A stretch of DNA of 27,441 nt, filler included, from an uncultured virus (IMG/VR IMGVR_UViG_2049941000_000131) (taxonomy: Duplodnaviria > Heunggongvirae > Uroviricota > Caudoviricetes). It is 4 parts of one record of this genome, joined end to end, with 100 filler letters (N's around TTAATTAATTAA, not from the genome) between each part and the next. Parts side by side here need not be neighbours in the genome. Positions count along the whole stretch, not along the records: positions 4,042 to 8,900 come from IMGVR_UViG_2049941000_000131; positions 9,001 to 13,352 come from IMGVR_UViG_2049941000_000131; positions 13,453 to 27,441 come from IMGVR_UViG_2049941000_000131; 1 more part is not named here. One strand, written 5' to 3'. Within the stretch, counting starts at the first letter, position 1. Each line of letters starts with the position of its first letter. Position numbers and translations under genes: made by a program. Positions 7,780 through 15,410 of the stretch are shown in pieces. The notes below the pieces were generated by a model, which was not told the DNA's origin, did not search any database, and saw nothing but the letters and a program-made list of their open reading frames with translations.

Positions 7780-7920
7780 TTAAAGATTTTTCCAAATTTG
7801 AATTATGGTCTTTATTGCCATCTCTGCTAAGGTTATTTGTGTTAGAAGCTTGATAACCTCAGCTATCAGCTTACTGAGTTGTGCTACCATCTCGGTAAGC
7901 TTTTTTATTTTGTCTTTCAC
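7780..7920 (-). CDS. 46-aa amphipathic helical peptide, first gene of the leftward operon
   Basis: Manual ORF MKDKIKKLTEMVAQLSKLIAEVIKLLTQITLAEMAIKTIIQIWKNL*; AAAGGGGTG RBS; directly downstream of a consensus promoter. Confidence 0.75.
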   Translation of the reverse strand: MKDKIKKLTEMVAQLSKLIAEVIKLLTQITLAEMAIKTIIQIWKNL

Positions 7921-7952
7921 ATTTTCACCCCTTTCGTTCGTTTCTGTAATAT

Positions 7953-7981
7953 ATTATACACTCGTTTCGAGTACTTGTCAA
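7953..7981 (-). promoter_or_regulatory. Leftward (lytic) promoter with operator in the spacer
   Basis: TTGACA-17 bp-TATAAT perfect consensus; palindrome ACTCG-TTT-CGAGT at 7960-7972. Confidence 0.9.
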
Positions 7982-8040
7982 CGATTTTTAATAGAAAATT
8001 ATGCACAAATCGGGTTAATAAATATTGTTCATATTGCATA

Positions 8041-8069
8041 TTGTTTTATACCCGTTTTGAGTATATAAT
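8041..8069 (+). promoter_or_regulatory. Rightward (repressor) promoter with operator in the spacer
   Basis: TTGTTT-17 bp-TATAAT; operator-like ACCCGTTTTGAGT at 8050-8062; weaker third copy at 8003-8015. Confidence 0.8.
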
Positions 8070-8092
8070 AATATAAAAAGGAGGTGTATTTT

Positions 8093-8431
8093 TTGAAACT
8101 TAAAGAACTAAGAAAAACAAAAGGGATATCACAAGACGAAGTCGCAAATGCGTTAGGAATAACACTACGTACATATCAAAACTATGAATATGGTCAGAGA
8201 GAACCAAACATCGAAATGATTAATAAAATAGCCGACTTCTTCGGAGTAACCACAGACTATCTACTCGGACGTGAACCGCAGCCTAACCCACTTGCGATGC
8301 TTAATATCAGTGTCAATGATAAAAAGTTTATTGAGATTTACAACGAGCTTTCCGATTTGCATAAACAAATTTTTGTTGATACTATGATTAAGCTGTCGGA
8401 GGCTGGAGAACAACACAAAAAGAAATCGTAA
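8093..8431 (+). CDS. cI-like XRE-family prophage repressor (no S24 peptidase domain)
   Basis: KLKELRKTKGISQDEVANALGITLRTYQNYEYGQREPNIEMINKIADFFGVTTDYLLGR; AAGGAGGTG RBS favours TTG 8093 over GTG 8084; divergent from the lytic operon. Confidence 0.9.
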   Translation: MKLKELRKTKGISQDEVANALGITLRTYQNYEYGQREPNIEMINKIADFFGVTTDYLLGREPQPNPLAMLNISVNDKKFIEIYNELSDLHKQIFVDTMIKLSEAGEQHKKKS

Positions 8432-8530
8432 CTACATTATAATGCTTATTTACATAGCACTCGCAGAGTGCTTATTTACCGATTTGTCAAGACTTTTTTT
8501 AAAAAAATATCCGCTCAAAGAAAAAGCTTT

Positions 8531-8574
8531 GAACGGAATAAAATCGGAATATAAACGGAATATAAACAGAACAA
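8531..8574. repeat. Four imperfect 11-bp tandem repeats (consensus AAACGGAATAT)
   Basis: gaacggaataa / aatcggaatat / aaacggaatat / aaacagaacaa. Confidence 0.75.
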
Positions 8575-8612
8575 AACGCCGCCCTGCTCCGCTTCAAGCA
8601 GAGTAGGACGGC

Positions 8613-8721
8613 AATAAAAAAATCGCCCAAAGCTATGGTAAAACTTTGAGCGATTAATATGGAGTAATGACGTGATTATCAATCACAATATTATAATACA
8701 TGATAAAAATCTATTTGTCAA
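8613..8721 (-). ncRNA. Candidate antisense sRNA (~70 nt) with promoter and intrinsic terminator
   Basis: TTGACA(8721-8716)-17 bp-TATTAT(8698-8693); 5' hairpin GTGATT-GAT-AATCAC; terminator AATCGCTCAAAG...CTTTGGGCGATT followed by a T tract. Confidence 0.5.
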
Positions 8722-8754
8722 TAGATTTTGACAAATTTTTCAACGTTTTTTATT

Positions 8755-8900
8755 TAGAAAGAACCGCCCCCACCGACTGCAATCAGTTAGGACGGCTACC
8801 ACACAGCGAGTGTGCAGTACAAAAAAATGACAACAATATTGTACCACACTCGCCCGAAAAAATCAAGTCCTTTCGAGGGCGGGATTTTTGCACCCTTTTT
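8755..8900. ncRNA. Structured integrase leader with an embedded antisense promoter/sRNA
   Basis: Minus-strand TTGATT-17 bp-TACAAT with extended TG (8866-8838) and a terminator-like hairpin at 8763-8797; conserved in the second copy at 13194-13352. Confidence 0.6.
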
Positions 8901-9000
8901 NNNNNNNNNNNNNNNNNNNNNNNNNNNNNNNNNNNNNNNNNNNNTTAATTAATTAANNNNNNNNNNNNNNNNNNNNNNNNNNNNNNNNNNNNNNNNNNNN
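8901..9000. other. Artificial scaffold linker
   Basis: N44-TTAATTAATTAA-N44. Confidence 0.95.
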
Positions 9001-9910
9001 CATGGAAGTCACCAAGCACGAAACAAAGGAGTCTACACAGCAGATAAAAAGCTGCAGAATAAAAACCCATATATTACCAACCTTTGAAAATGTTAGACTG
9101 GATCGTCTTAACCTTCCCGCTTTGCAACAGTGGAAACAGAAGGTTAATGAAAGCGAGCAAAGTTTTGGCTCAAAAAAGGAAATATTTAAGAATTTCTCTG
9201 CTGTACTTAATTATGCAGTCAAAATGGAATACATTTCTCAAAATCCATTAGCACGTATAGGAAACTTTAAAGCTCCGTTAGAAGAAGTTAAGAAATTTAA
9301 CTTTTATACTCCCGAAGAATTTCAACTGTATATTTCAGAAGCACAAAAATACGCTGAGGAAAACGACACATTATTACGCTGGAGCATTTACACATTCTTT
9401 TGTATTGCTTTTTATACAGGAATGAGAAGAGGTGAAATCCTTGCTTTAAACTGGGAAGATGTACGAAACAGTGAAATAAACATCACCAAATCGTACAATG
9501 AAAGAGTGAAAGTAAAGATAACACCTCCGAAAAACAAGAGTTCTATTCGCATTATTCAGATTCCTGAACCGTTGCAAATCGTACTTGACGAACACTATGC
9601 TCGTTGTAAAGCAATGCCTGATTTTACAAATAATTATTTTATTTGTGGAGGAACCAATCCAATTCGTATCGGAACACTTAGAGAATCGAATGCAAGATTC
9701 GCCAAAAAAGCAAATGTACAAAAGATCCGTATTCATGATTTTCGACATTCTCACGCAAGTCTTTTAGCGAACAATGGAATTAACATTCAGGAAATAGCAA
9801 GACGTCTTGGACACGCTAATATAAGCATGACGTTAAAGACTTACTCACATCTTTATCCAAAGGAATCTGAAAGAGCATTAACGGTGCTCAACCAAATTAA
9901 AGTAAAATAA
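9001..9910 (+). CDS. int: Tyrosine integrase, variant 1 (5' end missing)
   Basis: Catalytic motifs TGMRRGE, PKNK, HDFRHSHAS, LGH, TYSHLY. Confidence 0.95.
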
Positions 9911-9946
9911 GTTTTTACCCCCCGATTTATTTTTTTTTGCGAATAA

Positions 9947-10174
9947 TTCGGGGATTTTTCGGGGTTAAATTAAGATAAAACGGCTTTATAAGCCGTTTTT
10001 ACAAGTTATTTGCTGTTCCAATCGAATAATTTTTATATCACTTTTGACAATTTTCCGCAATCATCAAATCCCTAAAAAAGCCGCATAACCAAGCTATTTT
10101 TTAGCATTTTCAAAACTTTTAACAACACCTTAAAAAATCCCGAATTTTCACTTTTTCGGGGATTTTTCGGGGAT
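9947..10174. other. attP-like region, variant 1
   Basis: Paired direct repeats TTCGGGGATTTTTCGGGG at 9947-9964 and 10155-10172 (arm-type candidates) flanking an AT-rich ~190-bp centre, between the int stop and the convergent endolysin stop; palindrome AAAACGGCTT-TAT-AAGCCGTTTT at 9977-9999. Confidence 0.75.
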
Positions 10175-10225
10175 AAAAACAAGCCGCTCCTCAGTACCTA
10201 TCACAAGTACCGAAGAGCGGCTTTT
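10175..10225. terminator. Intrinsic terminator downstream of the endolysin (possibly bidirectional)
   Basis: AAGCCGCTC...GAGCGGCTT hairpin (10181-10223) with A/T tracts; conserved at 13568-13610. Confidence 0.8.
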
Positions 10226-10242
10226 AAATTAAAAATATGTAA

Positions 10243-11196
10243 TTATCTCATAAGCTCGTTAACCTTACTCTGAACTGCGTTATAATCATACCCAGCCTTT
10301 TCAAGAGCCGTTTTTCTCTCAGCTCCGGCACCCCACTTGCCTGCAATTACTTCTTTCGCGATCTCTGTAACGGACTTCTTTACGATCCCGTTTGCTGCAA
10401 TAAAGCAATCCTTAAAGCCAGCCTGCTTAACCTTTTCAAGCAGCTTTTCTGCATTTGCAGTATTTTCAAAAGCACCCACCTGAACTTTATACCACTTGTC
10501 ATCCTTTGTGACAAATGCGTCTTTAAAACCTTTTGCCTTGACATTAAACAGTTGTATATCTGCATTTGACTTTTCAGAAAACGCACCTATCTGAACACGA
10601 TATAGTGTTTTGTTTGCTGTCGAGTTAGTCGATGAATTTCCCGTTTTAGTCGTTGTATTAGTCAAGGACGTGCCGAGAATAGCATTTACTTTGTCTGCAA
10701 TCTCTCCGTGCCGGCTGTAAAGATATGTACCGGGACAAGACCTTTGATCAGAAAACCAGCGGTGAACAGTCATGTTTTGTTTATCAATCTGACCGATCAG
10801 CGTTGGGTCACCTCTCCACAGAAGCTTCTTTATACCGTTGCGCTTACAAATATCCGCTACCAGCTTAATCAAAGTATTGTAAGCCGCAGCTGTAACCGAA
10901 TAAGGCTCTGTCGTGCCGCTTGCTACTTCAATTGTTACTGCTCTGTTGTCGTTCTCATACGATGACGAACACCAGGAAGCATCTTTTTCCTCAACATACA
11001 TACCAATTCTGCCGTCGGGTCCTATACCATAATTTGAACTCGCTTGCCTTGATGACGGGGCAAAAACATTACCGAGAGTTTCAACAGACAGCTGACCAAC
11101 CACACAATGAATTGTAATTGTATCGATAACATGATTTCTAGGACTGTATCTGTTTGGTGAAATACATACATAATCAACTAAAGAACTGTTACTCAT
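10243..11196 (-). CDS. Endolysin: Amidase_2 + two SPOR-like repeats + Cpl-7 (CW_7) repeat
   Basis: ITIHCVVGQ, SSNYGIG, TIEVAS, HRWF...CPG amidase motifs; LYRVQIGAF/WYKVQVGAF; KSVTEIAKEVIAGKWGAGAERK. Confidence 0.92.
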   Translation of the reverse strand: MSNSSLVDYVCISPNRYSPRNHVIDTITIHCVVGQLSVETLGNVFAPSSRQASSNYGIGPDGRIGMYVEEKDASWCSSSYENDNRAVTIEVASGTTEPYSVTAAAYNTLIKLVADICKRNGIKKLLWRGDPTLIGQIDKQNMTVHRWFSDQRSCPGTYLYSRHGEIADKVNAILGTSLTNTTTKTGNSSTNSTANKTLYRVQIGAFSEKSNADIQLFNVKAKGFKDAFVTKDDKWYKVQVGAFENTANAEKLLEKVKQAGFKDCFIAANGIVKKSVTEIAKEVIAGKWGAGAERKTALEKAGYDYNAVQSKVNELMR

Positions 11197-11218
11197 TATT
11201 ATCAATCTNNNNNNNNNN

Positions 11219-12449
11219 GCCTATCAAAAAAGACGGTAAACTCAAGTACCGTGTGCGTGTCAACTACACCGACAGTTACGGCAACAACAAGCAGATAGAG
11301 CGGACAGCCTACGGGGCAGATGAAGCAAAACAGCTTGAAAGGGAACTGATTCATTCCGTAAAAGAAGAAACACCAACAAAGAAAATGACTTTCGGGCAAC
11401 TCTATGAAGAGTATAAAAAAGCAAGGAAGCACGAAACAAGGCAGTCAACCCAAGACACCCTTGAAACACGTATAAAAACCCATGTGCTGCCAACATTTGA
11501 AAATGTTAGGCTTGACCGTATGAATGTTCCCTCTTTGCAGAATTGGAAACAGAAACTTAATAACAGTAATTTGAGTGTAGGAATGAAAAAGTCTATTTAC
11601 AAGAATTTTTCTTCTATTCTTAATTTTGCAGTAAAAATGGAATACCTCCCTAAAAATCCTTTGAAAAGTGTGGGTAACTTTAAAGATCCGCTGGATATCG
11701 TTGAGGAAATGGACTTTTATGTCCCTGAAGAATTTAAGAAATTCATTACAGCTATCATAAAGGTGATATATTCTNNNNNNNNNNNNNNNNNNNNNNNNNN
11801 NNNNNNNNNNNNNNNNNNNNNNNNNNNNNNNNNNNNNNNNNNNNNNNNNNNNNNNNNNNNNNNNNNNNNNNNNNNNNNNNNNNNNNNNNNNNNNNNNNNN
11901 NNNNNNNNNNNNNNNNNNNNNNNNNNNNNATATGTATTTTTTTGTATTGCATTTTATACAGGAATGCGCAGAGGTGAAATTCTTGCGTTAAACTGGAATG
12001 ATACACAAAACGGTACCATTACTATAACAAAATCTTTTTCAGTAAGATATCTGAAAATAACCCCTCCAAAGAATAAAAGCTCACTACGTGAAATTCAAAT
12101 TCCCGATCCATTGCAAGCGGTACTCAATGAGCATTACGAACGCTGTAAAAATGTACCTAATTTTACAGACGAATATTTTGTTTGTGGGGGTATAAAACCA
12201 GTCAGCGATCCAACTCTGCGTTATTTGAATGAGTATTTTGCTCAACAAGCAAATGTTAAAAGAATTCGTATACATGATTTCAGGCACTCTCACGCAAGCC
12301 TTTTAGCGAACAATGGAATTAATATCCAAGAAATAGCAAAACGCTTAGGTCATGCTGATGTAAGTATAACTCTAAAAACCTATTCGCACCTTTACCCGAA
12401 AGAAAGCGAACGTGCATTAACTGTGCTAAACGCTGTTTTACTCGACTAA
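11219..12449 (+). CDS. int: Tyrosine integrase, variant 2 (gapped)
   Basis: N-terminal arm-binding region KYRVRVNYTDSYGNNKQIER; TGMRRGE, HDFRHSHAS, LGH, TYSHLY; clearly diverged from variant 1. Confidence 0.93.
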
Positions 12450-12479
12450 CTCCCAATCGAGTTTATTTTTTTATGATTT

Positions 12480-12634
12480 TTCGGGGATTTTTCGGGGGAT
12501 ATTAACATTTTATTCGCTTGTAGAGCCATTTTTTAAGGATTATTGTTGTTCTTTCGGAATTATTATTTACATTTACTTACATTACCGAATTTTATTTACA
12601 GTGAAAAATACCGCTTTACAAGCCACTTTTTTTG
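12480..12634. other. attP-like region, variant 2, left part (continues at 13453-13561)
   Basis: TTCGGGGATTTTTCGGGG at 12480-12497; 12595-12634 matches 13453-13492 with about one mismatch. Confidence 0.7.
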
Positions 12635-12644
12635 NNNNNNNNNN

Positions 12645-12774
12645 GCGAGAGGATTTACACAACAAGAATGTGCTGATACTTTTGGTGTAAAAATACGAGC
12701 GTGGCAAACTTATGAGCAGGGAGTCAGCGAACCCAAATATGAATTGCTTTGTAAAATAGCGGATACTTTTGGAG
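12645..12774 (+). CDS. XRE-family repressor fragment, variant 2
   Basis: ARGFTQQECADTFGVKIRAWQTYEQGVSEPKYELLCKIADTFG; same orientation relative to the int leader as the 8093 repressor. Confidence 0.8.
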
Positions 12775-13193
12775 NNNNNNNNNNNNNNNNNNNNNNNNNN
12801 NNNNNNNNNNNNNNNNNNNNNNNNNNNNNNNNNNNNNNNNNNNNNNNNNNNNNNNNNNNNNNNNNNNNNNNNNNNNNNNNNNNNNNNNNNNNNNNNNNNN
12901 NNNNNNNNNNNNNNNNNNNNNNNNNNNNNNNNNNNNNNNNNNNNNNNNNNNNNNNNNNNNNNNNNNNNNNNNNNNNNNNNNNNNNNNNNNNNNNNNNNNN
13001 NNNNNNNNNNNNNNNNNNNNNNNNNNNNNNNNNNNNNNNNNNNNNNNNNNNNNNNNNNNNNNNNNNNNNNNNNNNNNNNNNNNNNNNNNNNNNNNNNNNN
13101 NNNNNNNNNNNNNNNNNNNNNNNNNNNNNNNNNNNNNNNNNNNNNNNNNNNNNNNNNNNNNNNNNNNNNNNNNNNNNNNNNNNNNNNNNNNNN

Positions 13194-13352
13194 TACCGAC
13201 TGCAATCAGTAGGGACGGCAACCACACAGCGAGTGTGCAGTACAGTGCTATAAAACAACTTCAAACACTAATATTGTACCACACTCGCCCGAAAAAATCA
13301 ACCCTTTCGAGGGCGGGATTTTTGCACCCTTTTTCAGAAAACAGGAGGTACA
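13194..13352 (+). promoter_or_regulatory. Second copy of the structured integrase leader, ending in AGGAGG RBS
   Basis: Near-identical to 8771-8900 except a variable loop; antisense promoter at 13301-13273. Confidence 0.7.
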
Positions 13353-13452
13353 NNNNNNNNNNNNNNNNNNNNNNNNNNNNNNNNNNNNNNNNNNNNTTAA
13401 TTAATTAANNNNNNNNNNNNNNNNNNNNNNNNNNNNNNNNNNNNNNNNNNNN
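13353..13452. other. Artificial scaffold linker
   Basis: N44-TTAATTAATTAA-N44. Confidence 0.95.
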
Positions 13453-13612
13453 ATTTACAGCGAAAAATACCGCTTTACAAGCCACTTTTTTTGATTTTTT
13501 ATTACTTTAAAAAACTGTAAAAAAATCCTAATGATATTTTTTTCGGGGATTTTTCGGGGATAAAAGCAAGCCGCTCCTCGGTACCTTTAACAAGTACCGA
13601 AGAGCGGCTTTT
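13453..13612. other. attP-like region, variant 2, right part plus lysin terminator
   Basis: TTCGGGGATTTTTCGGGGAT at 13542-13561; terminator hairpin 13568-13610. Confidence 0.7.
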
Positions 13613-13660
13613 AAATTTAAAATATGTAATTAGCACATTGTCGACATTCANNNNNNNNNN

Positions 13661-14289
13661 ATAGCTTTAACGTTAAACAGCTGTATATCTGCATTTGACT
13701 TCTCGGAAAACGCGCCTATCTGAACACGATATAGTGTTTTGTTTGCTGTCGAGTTAGTCGATGANNNNNNNNNNNNNNNNNNNNNNNNNNNNNNNNNNNN
13801 NNNNNNNNNNNNNNNNNNNNNNNNNNNNNNNNNNNNNNNNNNNNNNNNNNNNNNNNNNNNNNNNNNNNNNNNNNNNNNNNNNNNNNNNNNNNNNNNNNNN
13901 NNNNNNNNNNNNNNNNNNNNNNNNNNNNNNNNNNNNNNNNNNNNNNNNNNNNNNNNNNNNNNNNNNNNNNNNNNNNNNNNNNNNNNNNNNNNNNNNNNNN
14001 NNNNNNNNNNNNNNNNNNNNNNNNNNNNNNNNNNNNNNNNNNNNNNNNNNNNNNNNNNNNNNNNNNNNNNNNNNNNNNNNNNNNNNNNNNNNNNNNNNNN
14101 NNNNNNNNNNNNNNNNNNNNNNNNNNNNNNNNNNNNNNNNNNNNNNNNNNNNNNNNNNNNNNNNNNNNNNNNNNNNNNNNNNNNNNNNNNNNNNNNNNNN
14201 NNNNNNNNNNNNNNNNNNNNNNNNNNNNNNNNNNNNNNNNNNNNNNNNNNTGAAATGCATACATAATCAACTAAAGAACTATTACTCAT
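13661..14289 (-). CDS. Endolysin, second copy (mostly gap)
   Basis: MSNSSLVDYVCIS start and SSTNSTANKTLYRVQIGAFSEKSNADIQLFNVKA match 10243-11196. Confidence 0.85.
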
Positions 14290-14305
14290 AATTATAAATC
14301 TCCTT

Positions 14306-14494
14306 TTACTCAACCTCAGGCAATCCTGCCACACTCGTAAGCAGTGATAACAGTCCTGCCAATATTGCCGTGCTTGCAACCGTTGCCCAGTCCACCTCAT
14401 GAAGCACCGCAGACGTACTCATAACAGCCGCAGCTGTCTGAGCAATTGTTTTTACAGCTCTTATAGCCGCCGCTTTCAGCCATTTTTTATTCAT
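14306..14494 (-). CDS. Holin (r1t-like)
   Basis: KWLKAAAIRAVKTIAQTA...VDWATVASTAILAGLLSLLTSVAGLPEV; immediately upstream of the endolysin. Confidence 0.9.
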   Translation of the reverse strand: MNKKWLKAAAIRAVKTIAQTAAAVMSTSAVLHEVDWATVASTAILAGLLSLLTSVAGLPEVE

Positions 14495-14802
14495 GGGCGC
14501 TGCTCCTCTTTCTTCCCCTCAAGAGTATCAAGCCTGTGATGTGCGGATTTGTCCGACTGCTCTACACGGATCAGCCTGTCCCTCAAATCCTGAATATCAC
14601 TTTTCATGTTACGCATATCAGATTTTATCTCATTGACTCCGTTGCTTATGTTTTCAAGCTTAACAATGAGTGTAGTTAGGTTTGTTGCTTCCTGCCTGTT
14701 GTCGTTTGCGTTACTGCGTTTGATATTTGTTACCGCCACTGCCGCAGCGATCACAACAGATATTACCGACAATAAGACAGATACATCTATCATGGTAGAC
14801 AT
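14491..14802 (-). CDS. Lysis-module membrane protein (N-terminal TM, coiled coil, SAHHRLD)
   Basis: Hydrophobic N-terminus; ATGA overlap with the holin start. Confidence 0.75.
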   Translation of the reverse strand: MSTMIDVSVLLSVISVVIAAAVAVTNIKRSNANDNRQEATNLTTLIVKLENISNGVNEIKSDMRNMKSDIQDLRDRLIRVEQSDKSAHHRLDTLEGKKEEQRP

Positions 14803-14808
14803 GAGTTT

Positions 14809-14985
14809 TTACACCTCACTTGCGTTTTTTTCTTCTGTTTCCTCGTATTTGTAAATGCTGTCCAATACGTCAATAGCTTCCGAGTATATCTCATAAGTAC
14901 CAATCTTTCTGATTAAATAATCCTCGCTTGAATACGTTCTTTTGAATTCTCGTCTTCCAAATCTAACATTTTCTGTAACAATCAC
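14809..14985 (-). CDS. Small tail-associated hypothetical protein (58 aa)
   Basis: Manual ORF MIVTENVRFGRREFKRTYSSEDYLIRKIGTYEIYSEAIDVLDSIYKYEETEEKNASEV*; GAGGGGG RBS; fills the gap in the operon. Confidence 0.7.
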   Translation of the reverse strand: MIVTENVRFGRREFKRTYSSEDYLIRKIGTYEIYSEAIDVLDSIYKYEETEEKNASEV

Positions 14986-14987
14986 CA

Positions 14988-15410
14988 CTATACCCCCTCA
15001 GGCAATTGACTTAAACCCTTGATTTGATCCTCATAAACAGTCCAGTTTGTTGCTGTCTTGTAATCGTCTACAAGCTCATCAGGAACATAAATATAACCCG
15101 CACCTCTAGCAATCCTTGTGTTGCTCAACCCGCTTGTGTTCAACAGTGGGACTACACTATTAATCGACAAAATAAGAGTCGTTAAACCGGTGCAGTCCGT
15201 AAATGCACTGCCGCCTATGCTAACAACTTTGTCAAACTTTACCGTAGTTAAATTTGTGCAATTTCTGAACGCATGAGCGCCTATACTTGTAACTCTACTA
15301 TTGTTTATCGTTGTAAGACTTCTGTCGATCAACGCATCAAGAGTTGCGATATCTGCTGAACTGCCGCCTTTCTTAGCTTTGATATAATTGTAAATCTGGA
15401 AGTTATCCAT
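14988..15410 (-). CDS. BspA/TpLRR-type leucine-rich-repeat protein (candidate adhesin/receptor-binding)
   Basis: VTSIGAHAFRNCTNLTTV and VVSIGGSAFTDCTGLTTL repeats; cap IYVPDELVDDYKTATNW. Confidence 0.85.
   Translation of the reverse strand: MDNFQIYNYIKAKKGGSSADIATLDALIDRSLTTINNSRVTSIGAHAFRNCTNLTTVKFDKVVSIGGSAFTDCTGLTTLILSINSVVPLLNTSGLSNTRIARGAGYIYVPDELVDDYKTATNWTVYEDQIKGLSQLPEGV

Noticed and set aside
7805..8076. + strand ORFs 7805-8068 and 7879-8076
   Set aside because: No RBS; they overlap the switch promoters and the better-supported 46-aa minus-strand gene.
8503..8800. Possible mini-CRISPR array
   Set aside because: Hairpins are only loosely similar, irregularly spaced and terminator-like; no constant repeat-spacer pattern.
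8700..8948. 82-aa + strand ORF upstream of int
   Set aside because: Runs through the structured leader into a gap; the homologous copy at 13194-13352 has indels and an in-frame stop.
10000..10076. tRNA-like or dif-like att core
   Set aside because: No T-arm/CCA-like sequence and no match to the Firmicute dif consensus; the core cannot be delimited without attB.
3942..13452. TTAATTAATTAA palindromes at 3986, 8945 and 13397
   Set aside because: Each is centred in an identical 100-bp N spacer; an assembly linker, not biology. Gene order across them is unverified.
2525..14400. Long ORFs made mostly of X residues
   Set aside because: Artefacts of reading through N gaps; several fuse unrelated contigs (e.g. 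11154 start, 12543 start).
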